DNA from: a virus
Virus record (IMG/VR): IMGVR_UViG_3300045988_135716
Span: 1-64,000 of that record
Strand: one strand, 5' to 3'
Length of the DNA: 64,000 bases
Shown here: positions 20,176 to 27,729 of the stretch, one piece after another
How positions within the stretch are numbered: position 1 is the first letter of the stretch
Layout of the letters: every line of letters starts with the position of its first letter
Position numbers and translations under genes: made by a program
Notes under the pieces: generated by a model
Databases searched by the model: none
What the model was told of the DNA's origin: nothing
The model's input: only the letters and a program-made list of their open reading frames with translations

Positions 20176-20464
20176 GGTCTTTAAGTGCCTTTGCTGGTTT
20201 AAACTTTGGCATTTTACATGCTTTTATCATAATAGATTGACCAGTTTGGGGATTGCGACCTTCTCTTTCAGCTCTTTCGACAACTTCAAATGTACCAAGT
20301 CCAACAATTGAAAGTTTTTCTCCTGCTTTAAGAATTTCAGCTAATGACTTAGTAAAAACTTCTAAATAAAAATCAGAATCTTTTTTGAATACTTTTTTCT
20401 CTTCATCTTCGTTCATTTCAACTGCATTTTCGTACATATGATTAATAAAATCTACTTTTGTCAT
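20162..20464 (-). CDS. HU/IHF-family DNA-binding protein
   Basis: GLGTFEVVERAEREGRNPQTGQSIMIKACKMPKFKPAKALKD matches the HU arm consensus. Confidence 0.85.
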   Translation of the reverse strand: MTKVDFINHMYENAVEMNEDEEKKVFKKDSDFYLEVFTKSLAEILKAGEKLSIVGLGTFEVVERAEREGRNPQTGQSIMIKACKMPKFKPAKALKDLVNA

Positions 20465-20536
20465 TTAAAAATTTCCTCATCTTTCATATATTTTTATATC
20501 AAAATAGGAGAGTAGCAAATGTACTCTCCATATCAA

Positions 20537-21706
20537 TTAATCCAATTGAATATCATATAAACAAACTAAACCATCCTGTCCCACAACAGATATGGTCTGT
20601 TCAGGACGATTAGTTTTTCTAATAGACATTGCATATTGGTCTGTTCCTGAGCAACATCCTGACTCAATAACCTTTGCATTATATACGGTAGTTAATCCAT
20701 TCAAATGTCTATGCCCTAATAGCACAATGTCTGGTTTAATTCCAAACATCATTGTAAAATTTTGAACAACACTTGCGGGTGCATCTTTATGACCGTGTGA
20801 TGCAAAAATATTATTTCCTCGAATATTAAACATTGCAATCTCAGAATCAATATTATTTTCACAAATATCAATGTTTTTAATATTTTGTAATCTTGCTTTC
20901 AAATAAAATGGTAATAATACATCCATATTTTCACCATCTAAAGCATCCTCTTTTTTAGGTGAAATTCTTGAATGATTACCAGGTGTAACATATACATAAA
21001 TATTATTGAAATGATTTGCAATTCTAATTAGCATTGCAGAAATTAATTCTGAAACATATTTGAATTGTTCCATTAAATCCATGTTATTTTGTAATCGAAG
21101 ATTGTTATGGATAATGCCTGACAGAATTTCACCGATGACTAGATAACAATTTTCAGATTTATGTAAATCTCTAATTTTAAGAATTTCGGATGTGAATTTT
21201 TCGATTCGTTCTTTTAGAATATCTTGATTAAATGTATTATTCCAAGTATTAATCTCAATTCCTGTGTGAATGTCAGTGAGATGTACCAATAAATCAGTGT
21301 TACTATTAAAAGTATGATATTGTACTTTTAAATCAGTTGGCTCTACATTCTCACAAATAATTCTTTTAACCATTTCAGAATAAGATTCCTTACGAGCTTC
21401 TTGCCTAATTTGACGATTATATTCAACTCTTGCGTCAGATAATTTCTGACGTTCTTTCTTTAATCTAATAATTTCATCAGATTCAGAAATACTCATTGAT
21501 GTTGGTTCATGTACCCATCCTGCATCTAAGTATTCATATAAAAGTTTACTTCCTTTACGGATAGTATCTCTATGTTCAGATTCCCCATTGTAATCTGATC
21601 TGAAATCAGCGATATCTTGCCATTCAATGTTTGAATCTTTCTGTTTACGTTTTAATAAATCTAGCTGTTGCTCTAAAAACTCAACTTTATTTATATCATC
21701 CACCAC
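20537..21706 (-). CDS. calcineurin-like metallophosphoesterase (SbcD/Mre11-like possible)
   Basis: LTDIHTG, GNHS, SHGH and GHRH motif series. Confidence 0.7.
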   Translation of the reverse strand: MVDDINKVEFLEQQLDLLKRKQKDSNIEWQDIADFRSDYNGESEHRDTIRKGSKLLYEYLDAGWVHEPTSMSISESDEIIRLKKERQKLSDARVEYNRQIRQEARKESYSEMVKRIICENVEPTDLKVQYHTFNSNTDLLVHLTDIHTGIEINTWNNTFNQDILKERIEKFTSEILKIRDLHKSENCYLVIGEILSGIIHNNLRLQNNMDLMEQFKYVSELISAMLIRIANHFNNIYVYVTPGNHSRISPKKEDALDGENMDVLLPFYLKARLQNIKNIDICENNIDSEIAMFNIRGNNIFASHGHKDAPASVVQNFTMMFGIKPDIVLLGHRHLNGLTTVYNAKVIESGCCSGTDQYAMSIRKTNRPEQTISVVGQDGLVCLYDIQLD

Positions 21707-21711
21707 CCAAC

Positions 21712-21912
21712 TTATTCTTCTTCTGGAAGTTCTACACTAATATTGAAGTTAATTGTTTCTGTTCCTTCTGGTAAGGTATCAATGACTTCTTGAGTAATGT
21801 TTTCACCTGTATCTGTATCAATAAGATTTAGGTCATGTAATGAAATATTTTTAAGCTGAATATTCTTCTTACGTGGGGTGGTTTTACTTTTAATTTCACT
21901 AATTTTGATCAT
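21712..21912 (-). CDS. hypothetical protein
   Basis: Co-directional small ORF. Confidence 0.45.
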   Translation of the reverse strand: MIKISEIKSKTTPRKKNIQLKNISLHDLNLIDTDTGENITQEVIDTLPEGTETINFNISVELPEEE

Positions 21913-21972
21913 GTTTTCTTCTCCTTGAATTTATATATTTGCATAAAAATAGAAGAGTAGTAATAACTCTTC

Positions 21973-22635
21973 TTAGATAATTTCGTCTAAACTTTTAATA
22001 ATTCTATCTGCTACCTTGTACTCGATAGCTTCTTTTGCAGATAAATACCAGTCATTCTCAAAGTTTTCATAGAATATATCTTCTGGTATATTTGTTCTTG
22101 ATAATACAAATTTACCAAGTTCATCAATTTGTCTTTGATAATTTAAAATAGCAGCAACTACATCATTATAAGAACCACTAAATTGTCCTGCTCCTTTATG
22201 AATGAGGAATTCAGCAGAAGGTAGAGTTAGTCGTTCATGACAAGCAAGATAAATAAAACATCCACTTGAAGCCGCCATACCGACATTTACTCCAACGACA
22301 GGAGTTTGACTAAGTGAGATTGTATCAACAAGACAATTATTTACTTCTAAATCTCCACCAGGACTAAAGAATACAACTTTAATTTTAGTACGTTCATTAA
22401 TAGGAATGTTCTTTTGTTTATCTTCAAAATTCCATTGCATAATCATTTTGGCATATTCCAATGTCATAGTGGTAATCTCATCGTCAATCCAGATTATTCT
22501 ATTTTCGTAATTTTTATAAAATTGAAGTAGAGATGGATCTGGTAATTGAAGGTTTTCTGCATTTTGTGGAATAGCAATATCAAGATATGCTGTATCTGCT
22601 TTTTTTTTATTTGTCATATAACACCTCTCAAACAT
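21973..22635 (-). CDS. ClpP-like serine protease
   Basis: FFSPGGDL...GMAASSGCFIYLAC...LIHKG pattern of the ClpP/S14 family. Confidence 0.75.
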   Translation of the reverse strand: MFERCYMTNKKKADTAYLDIAIPQNAENLQLPDPSLLQFYKNYENRIIWIDDEITTMTLEYAKMIMQWNFEDKQKNIPINERTKIKVVFFSPGGDLEVNNCLVDTISLSQTPVVGVNVGMAASSGCFIYLACHERLTLPSAEFLIHKGAGQFSGSYNDVVAAILNYQRQIDELGKFVLSRTNIPEDIFYENFENDWYLSAKEAIEYKVADRIIKSLDEII

Positions 22636-23560
22636 ATGTATATACTTTATTATTTTTGATGTGAGAAATTGTTTGTACGCTTACATCATATGTATTAGCA
22701 ATGGCAGTCAAAGACATACAGTCAGATAATATTTGATTTTTTATTTCCTTAACTTGATTTAACGTAAGTTTTGAGTTGTTATTTTTCTCTCCTCTTAGTC
22801 TTCCGTTTGATTTTTGAAAAACTAAATCTTTGGTATATTTCGTCCATGTTTTGTGATTCCTTATATCTGAAATAGTTTTTCTATTTACTCCAAATTTGTT
22901 ACCTATTTCTGTATCACTAAAACCATTGTTAATACATTCAATTACATCAACTATATTTTCATCAGTTAATTTATTTAAACCATTACGTCTACCTTTTGTA
23001 CTCGGAAAACAAATATCTTTTGTTAAATATTTCCATGAATGTCCGCTTTTAATACTTGAAACAACACTTTTATTAACATCGTATTTTTTAGATATTTCAG
23101 TATTAGATAATTTGCCATCTATTAAGTCATTAATTATATTTTTTACTTGTTGTTCTGTCAATTTAGAATAGAAACAATTTTCTCCTACATATTTACCTTT
23201 TAATGTATTGGAAATTTTTGATTTTGTTTCATCTGATAACATAGACATATCAGTAGTTGGCATGATATTATATCCTAAATTATCATCAGTACAATTAAAT
23301 TTATTAATATAAAATTGTTCTTTTTCTCTTAAAATATTTTCATCGCACAATTCTACAATTTTGAACTCAAAATTGTCTTTCCCGTGTTTATTCCATGCAT
23401 TTTGAAGATGCTCATTCGTATGAGAATTTTTATTTAATTTATTTAGATGCTGTTTCCATCTAGTATGAATATCTATTGAACTTCCAATGTATATTTTACT
23501 ATTAACGATATTTTTAATTTGATATACGCCTATTAATTTTTCTTTTGCCATAATCATCAC
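22628..23560 (-). CDS. GIY-YIG homing endonuclease with repeated HTH DNA-binding modules
   Basis: GVYQIKN...KIYIGSS...R...H...N...E motifs. The C-terminal half has three similar HTH-like repeats (SHIKNNK, SDIRNHK, SSIKSGH). Confidence 0.85.
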   Translation of the reverse strand: MMIMAKEKLIGVYQIKNIVNSKIYIGSSIDIHTRWKQHLNKLNKNSHTNEHLQNAWNKHGKDNFEFKIVELCDENILREKEQFYINKFNCTDDNLGYNIMPTTDMSMLSDETKSKISNTLKGKYVGENCFYSKLTEQQVKNIINDLIDGKLSNTEISKKYDVNKSVVSSIKSGHSWKYLTKDICFPSTKGRRNGLNKLTDENIVDVIECINNGFSDTEIGNKFGVNRKTISDIRNHKTWTKYTKDLVFQKSNGRLRGEKNNNSKLTLNQVKEIKNQILSDCMSLTAIANTYDVSVQTISHIKNNKVYTYV

Positions 23561-23605
23561 CTTGTCCTTTCGTTGTATTATTAGTGAATATAAAAAGACT
23601 GCCGA

Positions 23606-23782
23606 TTACTCAGCAGTCAATTGTTTTAAATCTTGTACAAATTTTTCTGTTTCTTCAAAGAAGAAAATTGTTGCATTTTTTAATTTGTGGTTTTTCTGCA
23701 AATCAACTATTGGATTTCCACAATGTAATAATTGTTTTGCAAGAAAACTATTGAAAATAGGTTTTGTTTTAATGATATACAC
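23606..23782 (-). CDS. small hypothetical protein (GTG or ATT start)
   Basis: 59-codon open frame, just under the track cutoff. GAGGTG lies 6 nt before ATT 23773; an in-frame GTG at 23782 sits inside that SD. Terminator hairpin overlaps the stop. Confidence 0.4.
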   Translation of the reverse strand: MYIIKTKPIFNSFLAKQLLHCGNPIVDLQKNHKLKNATIFFFEETEKFVQDLKQLTAE

Positions 23783-23792
23783 CTCATTTTAT

Positions 23793-25025
23793 TTAATCTA
23801 ACAAATCTGCCATTGCAGCTGTTTCACTACGTTCAGTTTTTAATAGTTGTACATATCCAAATTTCTCATTGCCTGCAAGTTTTTGAACAGCCGATAATAA
23901 ACCATTATTCATCCTAAAAAGAGCAGAATCAGTTTGTTTAAAATCTCCATTCATCCATAGAGCAGATCCTTCACCAACACGACCAATTAATAATTGAACA
24001 TGTTCTTTTGTAAGATTTTCTGCTTCACTTACATAAATTATAGTATTTTTGATATCTCTTCCTCGAATATATCCAAGATGTTCAACATCAACAGTTCCTT
24101 CCAGCATTTTCAATTCAAGACCAGATTCTCCACCAAGATGATCTGCTAATGGCATTGCAAATGGGAGAAGTTTAGAAAATTTGTCCCCAGGAAGGTACCC
24201 AATTTCTTCGGCATCTTTTACACCAATTGTATTTCTGACATACAATAACTTATCAAATTTACCATCCTCGATAAGTTTTAAAGCATTTGCAATCATTAGG
24301 AAGTCTTTACCTGAACCGAATTTCCCTGAAATAATTTTAATTGTTTCATTTGAATTTTGTAACATATCAAATGCCAATACTTGTTGCGGATTTCTTGGTT
24401 TAACTCTTCCGTTGAAATTGCTTTTTATTTGTTTATAAGATAATGCAGAATATTCTTCGCCATTCCATTTACGATAATCAACAACTTCACCATCACTCTT
24501 ACGAATAATCAAATATTCATTTAGAAGAGAATCATACATATTCTCATTTGTATGTAAATAAAAATAACTCATTTCTTCATCAGAAAGAGTTACATCCTTA
24601 TATCCTGTATATTCATCAAGATTCTTAACAAGATTAAGTTCTTGCGTTCCTTTTGTGGGAAGTTTAAAAATATTTTTTGAGATGAATTTACAATTAAGAT
24701 CATCTGTGCAAACGATAATGGAAGAGGATTGATTATACCAATAAGCAGAAGCTAGAATGATATTATCTGGTGTTTCATCCAATGTAAAATCATTAATAAT
24801 TTTTCTGATTTCTGGTGTATATGCAATTACTTCATAATTTTCACTTTGATCAAGTAATCTTGCAATTGACCTCGCTTTATATTTTACATCCCCATCTTTA
24901 TGACCTGATGTTTTAATCGACTCAATTTCTTCAAGAGTCTTCTGAGAAATAACAAATTCCTCTTTGAATGCTGCACTTTGTAAATTTAATAGTGCATTGG
25001 TATCCAGAAATAATTTATATTCCAA
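23793..25025 (-). CDS. PhoH-like ATPase with N-terminal PIN domain (YlaK-like)
   Basis: LFLDTNALLNL (PIN), SGKFGSGKDF (P-loop), GYLPGDKFSKL and GYIRGRDI...SEAENLT motifs. Confidence 0.8.
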   Translation of the reverse strand: MEYKLFLDTNALLNLQSAAFKEEFVISQKTLEEIESIKTSGHKDGDVKYKARSIARLLDQSENYEVIAYTPEIRKIINDFTLDETPDNIILASAYWYNQSSSIIVCTDDLNCKFISKNIFKLPTKGTQELNLVKNLDEYTGYKDVTLSDEEMSYFYLHTNENMYDSLLNEYLIIRKSDGEVVDYRKWNGEEYSALSYKQIKSNFNGRVKPRNPQQVLAFDMLQNSNETIKIISGKFGSGKDFLMIANALKLIEDGKFDKLLYVRNTIGVKDAEEIGYLPGDKFSKLLPFAMPLADHLGGESGLELKMLEGTVDVEHLGYIRGRDIKNTIIYVSEAENLTKEHVQLLIGRVGEGSALWMNGDFKQTDSALFRMNNGLLSAVQKLAGNEKFGYVQLLKTERSETAAMADLLD

Positions 25026-25068
25026 TAAAAGATACCACCTTTCCTATATATTTTATCTTTCTTTTCTG

Positions 25069-25221
25069 TCATTGATATTCCACAACATTTAACCCATTAT
25101 GGTAAGCATCTAATGCCTTATTAATAGCATTACATTCTCTATAGTAGTATTTATTCTTACCACTATATGTCTTAAAAATGTCTTCATGAAACTTAAACCC
25201 TTTCTTCATAAGGTATTCCAT
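25069..25221 (-). CDS. small hypothetical protein
   Basis: ATG at 25221 (MEYLMKKGF...). The frame stays open to an ATT at 25251 preceded by AAGGA. Below the track cutoff. Confidence 0.4.
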   Translation of the reverse strand: MEYLMKKGFKFHEDIFKTYSGKNKYYYRECNAINKALDAYHNGLNVVEYQ

Positions 25222-25290
25222 TTCTTTTTTACTAATTGCTTTTATAACAATTCACGTCCTTTGCATTTATTTCTCCAAGTAGGAGAGTAA

Positions 25291-25379
25291 CGTACAGGGT
25301 AGGATTTGAACCCACGGATGGTTTTATCCATCAAATGCTTTCAAGGCATTCGCATTAAACCTGACTCTGCCACCTGTAC
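25291..25379 (-). tRNA. tRNA-Ser (anticodon UGA), class II with long variable arm
   Basis: Folded by hand: acceptor GTACAGG/CCTGTAC, D arm GCA/TGC, anticodon stem AATGC/GCATT with loop CTTGAAA, variable stem GATGG/CCATC, T arm GTGGG-TTCAAAT-CCTAC. Confidence 0.85.
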
Positions 25380-25511
25380 TGATTTTATCCAACCGCCATG
25401 AGTAGTAGCGGTGATGTTTTTTATGATATATCAAACATACTATTAAAACATATTTTATTAGTCGAATAACGTAATAATCGACACTCATTATTGGATTTTT
25501 ATAATCAAATA

Positions 25512-25540
25512 TTGAATAATCGCATCATAAGTTGTATAAT
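25512..25540 (+). promoter_or_regulatory. sigma-70-type promoter
   Basis: TTGAAT, 17-nt spacer, TATAAT. Confidence 0.55.
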
Positions 25541-25569
25541 TGTAAGAAAAATCCATTGGATGTATACAA

Positions 25570-25767
25570 ATGAGAGATACAACTTTAGATCTTAATCAAA
25601 TTAAAGAATTAGCTGATTATGTAGCTAAAAGAAGTGCTTCTGTTGGTTCTCAACCACTTCAAGTAAAAACATTCGTTAAAAAGTATATGGAAGCATATAC
25701 AGAAGCATTCAACGAAATTTCTGAACTTAATGATCAAAGAAGAAAAGAACAATCTGAAAATTTATAA
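25570..25767 (+). CDS. hypothetical protein (lone plus-strand ORF inside the minus arm)
   Basis: 65-aa helical ORF downstream of the promoter at 25512. Confidence 0.45.
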   Translation: MRDTTLDLNQIKELADYVAKRSASVGSQPLQVKTFVKKYMEAYTEAFNEISELNDQRRKEQSENL

Positions 25768-25929
25768 ATTAATTTTATTATTCTCATTAATTTCTTGAAT
25801 AATTCTATCAAAAAGATGTTTTGTTGTAGCTAAAGTGAATTCTTCATGTGAGAGAATTGTCAAAATTTTATCTTTGATTTTATTTTCATTATCATGCATA
25901 TAAGGTATTCCATCTTTTTCTACATACAT
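25762..25929 (-). CDS. small hypothetical protein
   Basis: 55-aa ORF MYVEKDGIPYMHDN..., convergent with and overlapping the 3' end of 25570..25767. Confidence 0.35.
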   Translation of the reverse strand: MYVEKDGIPYMHDNENKIKDKILTILSHEEFTLATTKHLFDRIIQEINENNKINL

Positions 25930-26020
25930 AATTTACCAACTTTCTAACTCATTTAGGGGACATCTCACAACGTCCCCTATCGCCAGTATATTTAAGAGAG
26001 TTTGATTATTCCTGGCTTAA

Positions 26021-26098
26021 TTGATATATTAGGCTTTGAACCTAAATCTACCAAATCCATACGGAAACAATCGCTCTAACCAATTGAGCTATATATCA
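26021..26098 (-). tRNA. tRNA-like element with non-foldable anticodon arm
   Basis: Canonical acceptor TGATATA/TATATCA, D arm GCTC-AATTGGTTA-GAGC and T arm TTAGG-TTCAAAG-CCTAA. The 26 nt between the D and T arms (normal is about 23) give no 5-bp stem with a 7-nt loop. Confidence 0.5.
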
Positions 26099-27016
26099 TT
26101 ATTATTATTATAAATGCTGAGATTACACATTTATACAGAAGTTCTTTTAGAACATTATGAGTTCTTTCCGTATCCACTATATACCTTACGCATATATAGT
26201 AAACTTCCACAACCGCCTTTTTGAAAGAGTGGCATTTCTCTTTTACTACATGACTACTCTGATTTTATTATTCCATTAACACCGCCGTGCTATAAATCTC
26301 CGCTAAGAGAACTGTGCAAACTCGATCAAACATCTCAAAGTCTTGCGAGACTTATTAATGTCCATATTATACTCTTATAAGTACTATGGAATTAGGTTGT
26401 TTTCACCATGTAGAGGTGTAGACTTTCGCTTTGTATGTAATATTTAAGTATATAAATATTCTTTTACCTTTTAAACGTAAACGGCATTCCACCATTCCCG
26501 ATAATATTATTCTACTTTTTTACAACAAGTTTAAGTCCAAGTTACAGAAGATGTGCTACACCAGACGCTTTCATTCCTTTTGAGAACAAAAATACATCAC
26601 ACCTTCATGTCTTTCAGTTATAATCCCTACTAAACGTTCATATAAGTAATATACTCATATAAATGGATAATGCACTCGATTAATAATTTCTCGCACTATT
26701 TATCCTCCTGATTCACCATTATATGCATATAAGTTTGCATGAGCTATCTGATTTGCGGTCAAAAAGTAATTCTCAGCGGTCGCCCCTAAATCACTTTATC
26801 GCTCCTTATAATACATACTATTTCCGCATAGACTCAATTGCGAAACGCAACCTTTTGAGTTACTGGTATGTCAGTTTTGCTTGAATTGACTATATTTCTA
26901 TAGCGATAGGGTGTAAATCTATCTTTATATACCTCACGATATACTATCTGTGTCAAGCCACATAATCGTAACAATAACATTGTAAAATTTATGATGCGTC
27001 ATAAAACGCATCAAAT
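26099..27016. ncRNA. ORF-free, hairpin-rich segment between tRNA genes; candidate large structured RNA
   Basis: No ORF of 60 aa or more in any frame over about 0.9 kb. Several short stems (aagtct-tgcg-agactt, ttgcg-aaa-cgcaa, gcactg/cagtgc nearby). Flanked by tRNA genes. Strand undetermined. Confidence 0.45.
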
Positions 27017-27087
27017 AGCGGATATTGGATTTGCACCAATGTTCTCTTGGTTATGAGCCAAGCGAGTTAACTACTTCTCTAATCCGC
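27017..27087 (-). tRNA. tRNA-Met-type (anticodon CAU), slightly aberrant
   Basis: Anticodon stem CTTGG/CCAAG with loop CTCATAA; acceptor GCGGAT/ATCCGC; T arm ATTGG-TGCAAAT-CCAAT. The T loop reads TGC rather than TTC, and there is a 7:66 mismatch. Confidence 0.6.
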
Positions 27088-27244
27088 ATTGTTATATTTT
27101 TAATCAACGGAAGCACTGTAGCGAAAGGGGAAGAATCAGTGCAACCGCCGATTATATACCAATTAGTCGCCAAACTAATCATAACTGTATTTCTATCGAG
27201 ATACTCTCAGATATTCATAAGAAACTAAGATTTCTCCTTTTTAA

Positions 27245-27544
27245 CTAATTTTCAAAATAACCATTGAGTTTTCTGTTATAATGTCGTGTGATTTTTGGCT
27301 TTACCCAAATTTTTTCATCACATTGAATATCTTCATATCTATGAATTTCTTGTGATGGAACATATTTACATTCCAAACTCAATCCGTCCAATAATTTAAC
27401 CACTGTTTTATCAGTGGGAGTAGTAGAAGATAAATAGTCGAAAATAATACCCTCTGCCGATTTGAAAACTTTTCGGACTGTCGCTATATCTATATCTTCT
27501 TTTTTTGAAATCTCTTTGATAATATTTTCTTGATTAATCGTCAA
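27245..27544 (-). CDS. divergent HU/IHF-like DNA-binding protein
   Basis: N-terminus INQENIIKEISKKEDIDIATVRKVFKSAEGIIFDYL follows the HU helix-turn-helix pattern. The arm region is divergent. Confidence 0.4.
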   Translation of the reverse strand: MTINQENIIKEISKKEDIDIATVRKVFKSAEGIIFDYLSSTTPTDKTVVKLLDGLSLECKYVPSQEIHRYEDIQCDEKIWVKPKITRHYNRKLNGYFEN

Positions 27545-27651
27545 ATAATATTATTCCTCCCATCTGTTTACGATCGTTTTATTGAGCATATTCATTTGTA
27601 ATTTCAGCGTAGTTGCTGTTGTGGTATGCTCTCCATATAGCCACAAATGAA

Positions 27652-27728
27652 AAAATATTTTCGCCCATGCGCAATGGGTGTTTTTATTTTTGGTAAAATA
27701 TTTTCGCCCATGCGCAATGGGTGTTTTT
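27652..27728 (+). terminator. tandem duplicated intrinsic terminator (two identical 34-nt units, 43-bp period)
   Basis: aaaatattttCGCCCATgcgcaATGGGTGttttt occurs at 27652-27685 and 27695-27728. The U-tract follows the stem only on the plus strand. Confidence 0.6.
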
Positions 27729-27729
27729 G

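Noticed and set aside
25291-27087. Suppressor tRNA or stop-codon reassignment.
   Set aside because: The readable anticodons are UGA (Ser) and CAU (Met). All large genes are intact under the standard code, with TAA, TAG and TGA all used as stops.
27652-27728. Possible mini-CRISPR array or other spacer-bearing repeat.
   Set aside because: There are only two copies with a 9-nt gap, each a hairpin plus T-run. No cas genes and no spacer-sized inserts. Interpreted as a duplicated terminator.
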